NCBI GenBank assembly: GCA_964370905.1
Contig: CAYJKK010000001.1
Coordinates: forward strand, 99,749-163,748
Direction of reading: 5' to 3'
From: an uncultured Clostridium sp.
Lineage (GTDB): Bacteria > Bacillota > Clostridia > TANB77 > CAG-508
DNA: 64,000 bases
Made by a program: the position numbers and the translations under genes. The notes below the pieces were generated by a model that was given only the letters and a program-made list of their open reading frames with translations, was not told the origin of the DNA and searched no databases. Position 1 is the first letter of the stretch; each line of letters opens with the position of its first letter. Below, piece by piece: positions 45,303 through 55,570 of the stretch.

Positions 45303-45595
45303 CAAAAATAAATCCACAAACTCCTATGGAACAAATGACTCCAGGTGGAGATATATATGAATCTGGAAATGCAATGGATTTTAAAACAGGTGATTGGAGA
45401 AGTGAACGCCCAATATTTATAGAAGAAAAATGTAAACAATGTGGTTTATGCTTCCCTGTTTGTCCTGATAATTCTATTCCAGTTAATAAAGAATTAAAAA
45501 GAGAAGATTTTAATTATGACTATTGTAAAGGATGCGGTGTTTGTGCCGAAGTTTGTCCTTTTGCAGCTATAATAATGAAAGGGGAAAATGAATAA
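45299..45595 (+). CDS. porD: 2-oxoacid:ferredoxin oxidoreductase, delta (2x[4Fe-4S]) subunit
   Basis: 98 aa with CKQCGLCFPVCP and CKGCGVCAEVCP. Confidence 0.8.
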   Translation: MTKINPQTPMEQMTPGGDIYESGNAMDFKTGDWRSERPIFIEEKCKQCGLCFPVCPDNSIPVNKELKREDFNYDYCKGCGVCAEVCPFAAIIMKGENE

Positions 45596-46788
45596 TGGGA
45601 ATTAGAGAAAGATTAAGTGGTAATGAAGCTTCTGCTTTTGCCATGAAACAAATAAATCCAGATGTAGTTGCTGCATTTCCAATAACACCTTCAACAGAAA
45701 TACCTCAATATTTTTCAACTTTTGTTGCTAATGGTTCTGTTGATACAGAATTTGTTGCAGTAGAAAGTGAACATAGTGCTATGTCTGCATGTATCGGAGC
45801 CCAAGCTGCTGGTGCAAGAGCTATGACAGCTACTTCTGCTAATGGTTTATCTTTAATGTGGGAAATGATATATATAGCTTCTAGCTTACGTTTACCAATT
45901 GTTATGACATTAGTTAATAGAGCTGTTTCTGGACCACTAAATATCCATAATGATCATTCAGATGCTATGGGTGCTAGAGATTCTGGTTGGATTCAACTAT
46001 TTTCAGAAAACAATCAAGAAGCTTATGATAACTTATTAATGGCTCATAAAATTGCTGAACATAAAGATGTAAAATTACCTCTTATGGTTTGCCAAGATGG
46101 GTTTATTACATCTCACTCAATTGAAAATATTGAATTATTAGAAGATGATAAAGTAAAAGAATTTGTTGGAACATATAACCCTGAACATTACTTATTAAAT
46201 GAAAAAGAACCTATTTCAGTTGGTCCTTTAGATGTTCAACCATACTTATTTGAACATAAAACACAACAAGCAATAGCTATGCAAAATGCTAAACAAGTAA
46301 TTTTAGATGTATCTAAAGACTTTGAAAAATTAACTGGAAGAAGTTATAGCTTTTTTGAAGAATATATGTTAGATGACGCTGAAATTGCAATAGTTTGTAT
46401 GAATTCAACTGCAGGTACTACGAAATTTGTAGTTAATGAATTAAGAAAACAAGGAATTAAAGCTGGTTTATTAAAACTACGTGTATTTAGACCATTTCCT
46501 GCTGAAGAAATAGCAAATAGCTTATCACATTTAAAAGCAATTGCAGTTCTTGATAAATCTGATTCATTAAATGCTGCAGGTGGAGCATTATTTTCTGATA
46601 TTACATCTGCTATGTATGTTAATAATATATTTGTACCTACAGTAAACTATGTTTATGGTATTGGTGGTAGAGATACAAAATCTGATCATATAGAAAAAGT
46701 ATATTCTGATTTACAAGAAATTGTTAAATCTGGAAAAATAGAAAATCCTTACAGATATTTAGGTGTTAGAAGGGAAGGTGAAATATAA
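45595..46788 (+). CDS. porA: 2-oxoacid:ferredoxin oxidoreductase, alpha subunit
   Basis: 397 aa. GNEASAFAMKQINPDVVAAFPITPSTEI. Confidence 0.85.
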   Translation: MGIRERLSGNEASAFAMKQINPDVVAAFPITPSTEIPQYFSTFVANGSVDTEFVAVESEHSAMSACIGAQAAGARAMTATSANGLSLMWEMIYIASSLRLPIVMTLVNRAVSGPLNIHNDHSDAMGARDSGWIQLFSENNQEAYDNLLMAHKIAEHKDVKLPLMVCQDGFITSHSIENIELLEDDKVKEFVGTYNPEHYLLNEKEPISVGPLDVQPYLFEHKTQQAIAMQNAKQVILDVSKDFEKLTGRSYSFFEEYMLDDAEIAIVCMNSTAGTTKFVVNELRKQGIKAGLLKLRVFRPFPAEEIANSLSHLKAIAVLDKSDSLNAAGGALFSDITSAMYVNNIFVPTVNYVYGIGGRDTKSDHIEKVYSDLQEIVKSGKIENPYRYLGVRREGEI

Positions 46789-47741
46789 TGGCATATAATT
46801 TAAAAGAAACAATAGCAACAAAAGAAGCTAGACTTACTTCTGGACATAGAATGTGTGCTGGTTGTGGTGCACCTCCTGTTGCAACTCATATTATGAGAGC
46901 ATTAAAAGAAGGAGATCATGCAGTTGTAGCTGGAGCTACTGGTTGTATGGAAGTTTCAACTTTTATATATCCATATACTGCTTGGAAAGATTCTTTTATA
47001 CATACTGCATTTGAATGTGCTGCTGCTACTCTATCTGGAGCTGAAGCTGCATACAATGCAATGAAAAGACAAGGTAAAATTGATAATACAACAAAATTTA
47101 TAGCTTTTGGTGGAGATGGTGGAACTTATGATATAGGTCTTCAAAGTTTATCTGGAGCTATGGAACGTGGACATGATATGGTATATGTATGTTATGATAA
47201 TGGTGCATATATGAATACTGGTATACAACGTTCATCTGCTACTCCTAAATTTTCTAGTACTACTACTTCTCCTTCTGGAAAAGTAATACCTGGAAAATTA
47301 CAACAAAGAAAAGATTTATCAAAAATTATGGTAGGACATAATATTCCATATATGGCTCAAACTATTGCTCATATGAATTTTAAAGATTTATATGAAAAAG
47401 CTGAAAAAGCTATATATACTGAAGGTGCTGCATTTTTAAATGTTCTAGCTCCATGCCCTAGAGGTTGGGGATATCCAACTGGGGACTTAATGAAAATTAA
47501 TAAATTAGCAGTTGATACTTGCTATTGGCCACTATATGAAGTTGTTAATGGTGTCTATAAAATTACATATAAACCTGCTAAAAAATTACCAATTACAGAA
47601 TTTTTAAAACCGCAAAAACGTTTTAGCCATATGTTTAAACCTGGAAATGAATGGATGATTGAAGAATTCCAAAATGAAATAGATTTAAGATGGCAAGAAT
47701 TATTAGATTTAGAAGAAATCACAAATAGAAATTCAAAATAA
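46788..47741 (+). CDS. porB: 2-oxoacid:ferredoxin oxidoreductase, beta (TPP-binding) subunit
   Basis: 317 aa with CAGCG and the GGDGGTYDIG TPP motif. Confidence 0.85.
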   Translation: MAYNLKETIATKEARLTSGHRMCAGCGAPPVATHIMRALKEGDHAVVAGATGCMEVSTFIYPYTAWKDSFIHTAFECAAATLSGAEAAYNAMKRQGKIDNTTKFIAFGGDGGTYDIGLQSLSGAMERGHDMVYVCYDNGAYMNTGIQRSSATPKFSSTTTSPSGKVIPGKLQQRKDLSKIMVGHNIPYMAQTIAHMNFKDLYEKAEKAIYTEGAAFLNVLAPCPRGWGYPTGDLMKINKLAVDTCYWPLYEVVNGVYKITYKPAKKLPITEFLKPQKRFSHMFKPGNEWMIEEFQNEIDLRWQELLDLEEITNRNSK

Positions 47742-47748
47742 TATCAAA

Positions 47749-47780
47749 AAAGAGGTTAATTCAAAATTAGCCTCTTTTTG
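47749..47780 (+). terminator. Terminator of the oxidoreductase operon
   Basis: aaagagg-15 nt-cctcttt followed by a short T-run. Confidence 0.7.
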
Positions 47781-47837
47781 TGTTTATAATCTTGTAATTT
47801 ATGATTATTTAATTTAAAATTATAAGTTATAAGTTTG

Positions 47838-47993
47838 TTAAATAATAAATTCCCAAATTACTATTGTTAAAATTACAATTAGTAATCCTACTACTGCCAT
47901 AATTTTTATTGTCCGATTTTCTCTTTCTTCCTCTGTTGTTAGTTTTTCATTTTTCTTAGTGTACCTCTTTGAAGTTCTTTTATTATTTTTCAT
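47838..47993 (-). CDS. Small tail-anchored membrane protein, 51 aa
   Basis: Below the track cutoff. GGAGAGGA RBS. MKNNKRTSKRYTKKNEKLTTEEERENRTIKIMAVVGLLIVILTIVIWEFII. Confidence 0.5.
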   Translation of the reverse strand: MKNNKRTSKRYTKKNEKLTTEEERENRTIKIMAVVGLLIVILTIVIWEFII

Positions 47994-48112
47994 ATTTTTT
48001 CCTCTCCGTCTCATAATTATAAGACAACCTTCTTAAATTTTGCTATTATATTTTAACATAAAACTCATCTTAAATCAAATATAAGTTCTTAGAACTAGTT
48101 TAAAATAGTAAC

Positions 48113-48134
48113 AAAAAAAGAGGTTTCCCTCTTT
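48113..48134 (-). terminator. Ferredoxin gene terminator
   Basis: The minus strand reads AAAGAGG-GAAA-CCTCTTT followed by a T-run. Confidence 0.75.
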
Positions 48135-48138
48135 AATA

Positions 48139-48309
48139 TTATTCTTCTACTGGTGCTCCTACTGGACAAACATTTGCACAAGTACCACAAGAAATACAAG
48201 TAGATTCTTCAACTACAAATATTTCATCACCTTGAGAGATACATCCTACTGGACATTCTGCTGCACAAGCTCCACATGATATACATGTATTTTCTATTTT
48301 ATATGCCAT
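48139..48309 (-). CDS. fdx: Clostridial-type 2x[4Fe-4S] ferredoxin, 56 aa
   Basis: Below the track cutoff. AGGAGGTG RBS. MAYKIENTCISCGACAAECPVGCISQGDEIFVVEESTCISCGTCANVCPVGAPVEE. Confidence 0.9.
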   Translation of the reverse strand: MAYKIENTCISCGACAAECPVGCISQGDEIFVVEESTCISCGTCANVCPVGAPVEE

Positions 48310-48341
48310 AATTTTCACCTCCTATAAATCTAACTATCTAT

Positions 48342-49232
48342 TTAGTCTTTTTTTTCTAATTCTGCTAATTCTTTTTTATATCTAATTTCTTCTTTATCTT
48401 GTTTTTCTACATTTTTTAATACTTTTAAGTCTTTAGCATCATATCTTTTATAAAAGAAACCTTCTCCATCTCTAAATTTAACTCTTACTCTTTCTTTTAA
48501 AGTTTCTATTGAATCAACTTCACCTTCTCCATCTTCTGTTTTAACAATAGCACCTATCTTAGGAAGTTTTTTAACTTTTTCTTCATATACTTCATTTTCA
48601 TATTTCAAGCAACACATAAGTCTACCACAATTTCCTGAAATTTTCGCTGGATTTAATGATAAGTTTTGCTCTTTTGCCATTTTTATTGATACTGATTCAC
48701 ATTCTTTTAAAAATGCACAACAACATAATTCTCTACCACAAACTCCGTTACCACCTATTTTTTTAACTTCATCTCTTACACCTAGTTGTCTTAATTCTAT
48801 TCTTGTTTTATATATTGCTGCTAAATCTTTTACTAATTCTCTAAAATCTATCCTACCATTTGCAGTAAAATTAAATACTGCTTTACTTTTGTCAAATTTA
48901 AATTCAACATCAGATAATGTCATATCTAATTTATGTTCTTTTATCTTTTTCTTTGCTATTTCAAAAGCTTCTTTTTCTTTCTTTTTGCATTCTTCATACT
49001 GAATATGATCACCTTTATTAGCTATTCTTATTACATTTTTTAAGCATTTTGGCATTTTATCATCTTCAACTGTTCTACATTCTACAACATGCGAATATTC
49101 TTCTCCTTGCGCAGTATCTACAATTATTATATCATCTTTTTTAATTTCTAATTTCTTCGGATCAAAAAAGTATATTTTTCCTTGATTTTTAAATTTAACC
49201 CCTACTATATTTTTCAATTTATTTCCTCCCAC
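48342..49232 (-). CDS. yaaT: PSP1-domain protein YaaT/RicT
   Basis: 296 aa with the PSP1 C-terminal domain and Cys cluster (GVCGRELCCCAFL...GNCGRLMCCLKYE). Sits downstream of holB, as in Bacillus. Confidence 0.85.
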   Translation of the reverse strand: MGGNKLKNIVGVKFKNQGKIYFFDPKKLEIKKDDIIIVDTAQGEEYSHVVECRTVEDDKMPKCLKNVIRIANKGDHIQYEECKKKEKEAFEIAKKKIKEHKLDMTLSDVEFKFDKSKAVFNFTANGRIDFRELVKDLAAIYKTRIELRQLGVRDEVKKIGGNGVCGRELCCCAFLKECESVSIKMAKEQNLSLNPAKISGNCGRLMCCLKYENEVYEEKVKKLPKIGAIVKTEDGEGEVDSIETLKERVRVKFRDGEGFFYKRYDAKDLKVLKNVEKQDKEEIRYKKELAELEKKD

Positions 49233-50104
49233 ATATTTAATAACATGTTGTCAATACACATATCATAATTTGCATTTTGCTTTATCCTTTTTTTAGTTTC
49301 TTCTATAATTTCTATACAATTTGCATAATTTATATTGTTTCTTACTTTTTTTAATATTATAACATTCATATATTCTAATAATTCAATTATTTCTTCTTTC
49401 ATTTCGTAAATCGTATCTGCTAAATCATATATTTCTAGTATGTGTTTTTTATCTAATTCTTCTATTATATTTTTTATGCTTTGGTATTTGTCTTTTTTTT
49501 CTTTAAGTAGTATTAATTTTTGTATACTTCCCTCCGATATTTCTAATAGTTCTTCATTTACGTCTTGTTCAGAATTTATATTTAGGTATTCTAACATTTC
49601 TTCATTTGCTAATTTATTAAATTTTAAAATCATACATCTAGATTTAATAGTTGTTAGTATATTACTTTCATTTCTAGTTATTAATATCATCATTACATAT
49701 TCTGGCGGCTCTTCTAATGTTTTTAATAAACAGTTTTGAGCTTCTTTTGTCATGTTTTCAAAATTATCTATAATATATACTTTCTTTTTTGATATAATTG
49801 GTCTTTCTTGTATCTTTTTTTGTAAGCCTCTTATTTCTTCTATTTTTATTGTAGCATTATTTGGTTCTATTATGTTAAAATCAGGATGATTTTTAGTATT
49901 ATATTTAATACAAGATTCACAAACACAATTTAATTGTTTTTTATCATTTAAACATAATACTTGTTTTGCAAATTCTTGTGCAAATAGTTTTTTTCCTATT
50001 CCTTCTATTCCGGAAAATAGGTAACTATGAGATATTTTATCTGATTCTATTGCTATTTTCAAAGTATCTTTTATTCTATTATTTCCTAAAATATTCTCAA
50101 ACAT
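49214..50104 (-). CDS. holB: DNA polymerase III subunit delta'
   Basis: 296 aa with SHSYLFSGIEGIGKK and a CxxC zinc module. Confidence 0.8.
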   Translation of the reverse strand: MFENILGNNRIKDTLKIAIESDKISHSYLFSGIEGIGKKLFAQEFAKQVLCLNDKKQLNCVCESCIKYNTKNHPDFNIIEPNNATIKIEEIRGLQKKIQERPIISKKKVYIIDNFENMTKEAQNCLLKTLEEPPEYVMMILITRNESNILTTIKSRCMILKFNKLANEEMLEYLNINSEQDVNEELLEISEGSIQKLILLKEKKDKYQSIKNIIEELDKKHILEIYDLADTIYEMKEEIIELLEYMNVIILKKVRNNINYANCIEIIEETKKRIKQNANYDMCIDNMLLNMWEEIN

Positions 50105-50122
50105 ATTTCTATCCTTTACTTT

Positions 50123-50758
50123 TTATTCTACTTCTCCCCATTTATCAAGTGGCCATATTCTAATAGATACTGTACTTTCAATTTGATCAAATGGAACACA
50201 TCCAAAGGCTCTAGAGTCAGTACTTTGTGGTCTGTTATCTCCTAATGCAAATACCGTATTTTCTGGAACTATTATATCATCAAAACCTGTTTCTCCTAAT
50301 ATATCTGTTACAACACCTGAATCTATATATGGTTCATTTAACAATTCTCCGTCAATATATATTTTTCCTTGCTTAATTTCAACATGTTCTCCAGGAAGAG
50401 CTATTACTCTTTTTATATAACTCCTTTTACCAATTTCTAAAAAATCTTCTGTAAACCACTGTCCTAACTCTTTTTCTTCATATTCAGCTATTGGGTTATC
50501 TGTATCAATCTCCTTTGAAGTGTAACCAATTTTGTTTGGTTCTTCAAAAGTAATTATTTCTCCTCTTTCTGGTATTTTGTTTATTGTCCTATCAAATCTA
50601 TTTAACCATAATCTCTCACCGCTAATTAGTGTTGGGTACATAGATTCATGTTGTACTATTGTAGGTGTTCCTATATAGTATCTAAATAGGACAGCTAATA
50701 CTAAAGCAATAATTATACATAATATCCATTCTATTATTTCTTTTACTTTTTTATCCAA
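50123..50758 (-). CDS. lepB: Signal peptidase I (LepB/S26A type), TTG start
   Basis: 211 aa with HESMYPTL, GDNRPQSTDSR and an IKRVIALPGE box. Confidence 0.85.
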   Translation of the reverse strand: MDKKVKEIIEWILCIIIALVLAVLFRYYIGTPTIVQHESMYPTLISGERLWLNRFDRTINKIPERGEIITFEEPNKIGYTSKEIDTDNPIAEYEEKELGQWFTEDFLEIGKRSYIKRVIALPGEHVEIKQGKIYIDGELLNEPYIDSGVVTDILGETGFDDIIVPENTVFALGDNRPQSTDSRAFGCVPFDQIESTVSIRIWPLDKWGEVE

Positions 50759-50824
50759 GTTTATTTCTCCTATCTTTCTTTAGATAAGAGATATTATATC
50801 CTAATATCTCTTATTTTTCAAGTA

Positions 50825-52237
50825 TTACATATTATCTTTTGTTGGTATCTTAACAACAACTTCTGTACCTTGTCCGACAACACTTTTAATATCTATGCTT
50901 CCACCATTTTTATCTAGAATTTCTTTTGCTATTGATAAACCTAAACCTGTTCCACCCATTTCTCTTGTTCTAGCTTTATCTACTCTATAGAATCTTTCAA
51001 ATATTCTATTTAAATCTTCTTCTGGAATTCCTATTCCATTATCAAATATTTTTATGTATGCATCATTATATACAAATCCAACATAAATCTTAATTTCTCC
51101 ATCTTCTTTTGTATATTTTATACTATTTGTTAATATATTTAGAATTACTCTTTCAATTTCAGATTTATTTGCATATACAGGTGGTACATCCGCTGTAACA
51201 AATGTATTTACTTTATGATTTTTTTTCTTAATTTCTATTGCTAATTTATCTTGAGCTTTTTTAACTAATTCTCCTAAGTCAAATGTTTCTTTTTCCACAT
51301 TATTCTTATTATTATCATATCTTGATAATGTTAGTAAATCTGTTACAAGTTTTCCCATTCTTTTTGCTTCTGTTGCAATTACATTTAAGAATTTATCTTG
51401 TGTTTCTTTTTCATATTCACATTCTAATAATGTTTCAGCATATCCCATTATTGAAGTTATTGGTGTTTTTAATTCATGAGATACATCTGCTACGAATTCT
51501 TTTTGTATAGATTCTAATTTAACATGTTCTGTTATATCTTGTACAACAGCTATCATACCACTTGGTTTATCATTTTCATCTTTAAATGGTGCAAAAAATA
51601 CATTCATATGAGTATTTTCAATATTAATTCTTTGTTCTGTAGAAGTCCAATTGTCTAGATATATAATTTTTTCCATATTTATATTTAATTTAAACTTATT
51701 AAATATATCCTCAAAATTAACATCTTCTGGTTTTATACTTAGGAATTTTTTAGCAGCTGGATTTATTAATATTATTTCACCTTGTAAATTAAATGCTATT
51801 ATTCCATCTGTCATATGTAACAAGATTGTTTCTATTTGATTTTTTTTAGTTGAAACTTCACTTAGTCTTTCTTTTAATTCAGATGTTATCTTCATAAATA
51901 TCTTTTCTGGATTTTTGATCTTTTTACCTTTTCTTAGCCTAGTAACTTCTGGTTCTTCTTTTATTCTCTCACTACTTTCTAATAGTTTATTTATAGGAAA
52001 CATAACAAACTTTTTCATAAATTTTCTTATCAATATCATTGATATAACAAAAACAACACAAAGTATTGCTATTGCTACATATGTATAATTATATATATTA
52101 TTAAATACTTCTTCATTTCCATTAACAGTTCTATTTATATAATCTATTATCACTATAAAATATGCTATTAAACCTCCAAATATTGTAACACTTATTAAAC
52201 TAAATATTATTAATAATTTTAATTGTATATTTTTCAA
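50825..52237 (-). CDS. Sensor histidine kinase (2 TM-HAMP-PAS-HisKA-HATPase), no cognate regulator nearby
   Basis: 470 aa with H-box VSHELKTPITSIMGY and N/G boxes (NSIKYT, DNGIGI, GGTGLGLSI). Confidence 0.85.
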   Translation of the reverse strand: MKNIQLKLLIIFSLISVTIFGGLIAYFIVIIDYINRTVNGNEEVFNNIYNYTYVAIAILCVVFVISMILIRKFMKKFVMFPINKLLESSERIKEEPEVTRLRKGKKIKNPEKIFMKITSELKERLSEVSTKKNQIETILLHMTDGIIAFNLQGEIILINPAAKKFLSIKPEDVNFEDIFNKFKLNINMEKIIYLDNWTSTEQRINIENTHMNVFFAPFKDENDKPSGMIAVVQDITEHVKLESIQKEFVADVSHELKTPITSIMGYAETLLECEYEKETQDKFLNVIATEAKRMGKLVTDLLTLSRYDNNKNNVEKETFDLGELVKKAQDKLAIEIKKKNHKVNTFVTADVPPVYANKSEIERVILNILTNSIKYTKEDGEIKIYVGFVYNDAYIKIFDNGIGIPEEDLNRIFERFYRVDKARTREMGGTGLGLSIAKEILDKNGGSIDIKSVVGQGTEVVVKIPTKDNM

Positions 52238-52256
52238 AATTTATACTCCTCTATCT

Positions 52257-53375
52257 CTATTTTTTTAATAATTTTAATATTTCTGCATATATTCTATCAT
52301 CTGCATCTAATATTGAGTTCTTAAGCGCATTTTTTCCCATATCTATTACTGTCATTTTGTTTTTTATAATCTTATTTATTTCTTCATCTAATTTTTCTGC
52401 TGTTAAATCTTTATCTAATATTATTTCTGCTGCACCTAAATCCTTTAGTACTTTTGCATTATATAGTTGATGATCATGGCTAACATTTGGAAGTGGTATC
52501 AATATTGATGGTTTTCCTAAATTAGATATTTCAGAAATAGTCATAGCTCCACTTCTTGAAACTACTATATCAATAGAGTTCATCACATCTTCCATATTAT
52601 ATATATATGGTACTATTTTTATATTTTGAGTATTATTTATACTTAGATGTTTAGTTTCTAATTGTTCTTTTACTTCGTCATATAACTTCATACCTACTGA
52701 CCATATTATCTGGTAATTATTATTAATCTCTTTTTCTAATATATTTAGTATTGCATTATTTATATTCCTAGCTCCCTGACTTCCACCAAAAACAAGTATT
52801 GTTGGTTTATCTATTTTAAGGCCAAACTCTCCTAATATTTCTTGTTTTTGAGCTTCTGTAAAATCATATTTTTTAAGTTTTACAGGTGTTCCTGTGTGGA
52901 CTATATTTTTACATTTTTTTATCCTATCTATTGCTTCTTTAAAAGAAACAGCTATTGTATCAGTTTTTTTTGCTAAAATTTTAACAGCTTTTCCTGGAAA
53001 CGCATTGCTTTCATGTAACATTGTTGGAATTTTTAATTTATGCGCTTCTGATATTACTGCACCACAAATATATCCTCCTGTTCCAATAACAATATCTGGA
53101 TTAAACTCTTTAATAATTTTTTTTGATTGTGAAAATCCTTGTATTGTTTTATACATTTTTTTAAAATTATCTATTGAAATTTTCTTACTTAATCCATATG
53201 CATCAATTGTTTTTAACTTATATCCAGCTTTTGGAACTAAATCATTTTCAATTCCTCTTGTTGTTCCTATAAAAATTATTTCTGCATCACTATAGTTTTC
53301 TTTTATCTTATTTGCAATAGAAATTCCAGGGTTTATATGCCCTGCTGTACCTGCTGCTGCTATAATTACTCTCAT
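52257..53375 (-). CDS. murG: UDP-GlcNAc:lipid I GlcNAc transferase MurG
   Basis: 372 aa. MRVIIAAAGTAGHINPG. Confidence 0.9.
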   Translation of the reverse strand: MRVIIAAAGTAGHINPGISIANKIKENYSDAEIIFIGTTRGIENDLVPKAGYKLKTIDAYGLSKKISIDNFKKMYKTIQGFSQSKKIIKEFNPDIVIGTGGYICGAVISEAHKLKIPTMLHESNAFPGKAVKILAKKTDTIAVSFKEAIDRIKKCKNIVHTGTPVKLKKYDFTEAQKQEILGEFGLKIDKPTILVFGGSQGARNINNAILNILEKEINNNYQIIWSVGMKLYDEVKEQLETKHLSINNTQNIKIVPYIYNMEDVMNSIDIVVSRSGAMTISEISNLGKPSILIPLPNVSHDHQLYNAKVLKDLGAAEIILDKDLTAEKLDEEINKIIKNKMTVIDMGKNALKNSILDADDRIYAEILKLLKK

Positions 53376-53393
53376 TTTTCCTCCTATGTTACT

Positions 53394-54524
53394 TTAAGTT
53401 TTTGCTGTTGCTCTCGATATATTTAGCAATATTCCCATTTCTACTAATATTATTACAAGTGCTGTTCCACCATAACTAAAAAATGGTAGTGGCATTCCTG
53501 TAACTGGCATCGAAGATGTTACTACTGCTATATTTATAATTACTTGAATAGCTATCAAACTAGTTATTCCTATAGCTATTAAACTTCCAAACATATCTGG
53601 TGATTTTAATGCTATTAATATTCCTCTCCAAATCAATATTCCAAACAAGACTATTACAGCTGCACATCCTACAAATCCTAATTCTTCAGCTAGTATTGAA
53701 AATATAAAGTCATTATGGGGTTCTGGAATATATGAAAATTTTTGTTTACTTTCTCCTAAACCTACTCCAAAAAATCCACCAGACCCTATTGCATATAAAC
53801 TTTGTACTATCTGATATCCACTATCTGTTGTATCTTGCCATGGATCTAAAAATGTTATAACTCTTTCTAATCTATATGGTGTAAATGCTATTAGAGCTAT
53901 TAATATTGGTAACCCAACTGCCAGTGCCACACCCATAAAATGAGAAAATTTAACTCCTGCTGTTAACATCATTATACTAACTGTTCCAATTATTACTATC
54001 ATAGCACTATAATGTGGTTGTGGTATTAAACACGCTGCTATAAGTAATACTCCTAAAAAGTTTAATATAAAGCCTTTCCAAAATAATTTTAGTCTATCTT
54101 TCGTCACTGTTAAGAGCCCAGCATAAAAAATTATAACTAATATTTTAGCAATTTCTGACGGTTGAAACGATAATGTTTCTGTTACATATATCCACCTTGT
54201 CGCTCCATTAATTTCCTCTCCAAACAATAATACAGCAGCTAATAGTGCTATAGCAATTACTAATGCATGTATATAATATTTTTTATAAAACCTATAATCC
54301 ACTTTTGATATACAAAACATTAATACTAATCCACCAATTGCAAACATAAATTGTTTAAAAAAGTATTCATAGCTATCTCCACTTACTGCTAGTGCTGTTG
54401 GTGAACTTGCTGAAAGCACCATTATTAATCCTATTGCTAATAACAAAATTATTGTTATTAAAAGTGGAAAATCAAATGGGTTGTTTACAAAACTAGAAAA
54501 TTTCTTTTCTTTTTTAACTGCCAT
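53394..54524 (-). CDS. ftsW: SEDS peptidoglycan polymerase FtsW/SpoVE
   Basis: 376 aa polytopic protein with PEPHNDFIF and LPFFSYGG motifs. Confidence 0.85.
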   Translation of the reverse strand: MAVKKEKKFSSFVNNPFDFPLLITIILLLAIGLIMVLSASSPTALAVSGDSYEYFFKQFMFAIGGLVLMFCISKVDYRFYKKYYIHALVIAIALLAAVLLFGEEINGATRWIYVTETLSFQPSEIAKILVIIFYAGLLTVTKDRLKLFWKGFILNFLGVLLIAACLIPQPHYSAMIVIIGTVSIMMLTAGVKFSHFMGVALAVGLPILIALIAFTPYRLERVITFLDPWQDTTDSGYQIVQSLYAIGSGGFFGVGLGESKQKFSYIPEPHNDFIFSILAEELGFVGCAAVIVLFGILIWRGILIALKSPDMFGSLIAIGITSLIAIQVIINIAVVTSSMPVTGMPLPFFSYGGTALVIILVEMGILLNISRATAKT

Positions 54525-54563
54525 AATCTCTTCAAACTCCTATCTCTATTTTTCCTCTGTTTC

Positions 54564-55553
54564 TTATATTATTTTTAATCCTACTACACATAATATTAAA
54601 GTTATTATACTAAATATTACTACTACTTTATTTTCTCTCCAACCACTTAATTCAAAATGATGGTGAAGTGGTGCCATTTTAAATATTCTTTTTCCTGTTT
54701 TTTTAAAATATGCAACTTGAATCATAACTGATAAAGTTTCTAATACTGGAATAAGTGCTATTATTGGTAAAATAAGTGGCATTTTTAAGTATAAAGCAAG
54801 TGCTGATATTACACCACCTAACAATAACGATCCTGTATCTCCCATAAAAACTTTTGCTGGATGTAAATTAAATATTAAAAATCCAAGTACACCACCTATT
54901 ACTATATTTGCAAAAATTGGTATTTCTGGAATTGCTAAGTTTATTCCTATAACTGATAAACACGCTATTATTATTGCAGATACACTTGATGCTAAACCAT
55001 CAATACCATCTGTTAAATTAATTGCATTTGAAGTTCCTAAAATAACTAATATTGCAAACGGTATATATAAATATTCTGGTAATACTAAACTTTGATTTAA
55101 AATTGGTATATGAATATCTGTTCCTATTTTTAATATATACACCAAGTATAATACAAATATTACTGAGATTACTAATAATCCAAATATTTTGTATATCGGT
55201 TTTAATCCTTTCGTGTTTTTCAATACTAATTTTTTAAAATCATCAATAAATCCTATAACTCCAAAACCTATAGTTATAAATAATAATGGTAATAATTTAT
55301 TTGCTACTTCTATATTATCTGTAGCAGTATAAAATATATATGTTCCTATTGTTACAATAAGCATTGTTAATATTATAATGACTCCTCCCATTGTAGGTGT
55401 TCCTTGTTTTTTTAAATGTGATTGTGGTCCATCATCTCTTTCTATTTGTCCTATTTTCAATTTTCTAAGTAGAGGTAGGGTACAAAAACCTAACCCTATT
55501 GATATTATAAATGAAATTATTAGGACTATTATGTGCGTTTCCATTTCATCCAA
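54564..55553 (-). CDS. mraY: Phospho-N-acetylmuramoyl-pentapeptide transferase MraY
   Basis: 329 aa with NAINLTDGIDGLA and APLHHHFE. Confidence 0.9.
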   Translation of the reverse strand: MDEMETHIIVLIISFIISIGLGFCTLPLLRKLKIGQIERDDGPQSHLKKQGTPTMGGVIIILTMLIVTIGTYIFYTATDNIEVANKLLPLLFITIGFGVIGFIDDFKKLVLKNTKGLKPIYKIFGLLVISVIFVLYLVYILKIGTDIHIPILNQSLVLPEYLYIPFAILVILGTSNAINLTDGIDGLASSVSAIIIACLSVIGINLAIPEIPIFANIVIGGVLGFLIFNLHPAKVFMGDTGSLLLGGVISALALYLKMPLILPIIALIPVLETLSVMIQVAYFKKTGKRIFKMAPLHHHFELSGWRENKVVVIFSIITLILCVVGLKII

Positions 55554-55570
55554 CCTTTCTTATATTTTCA

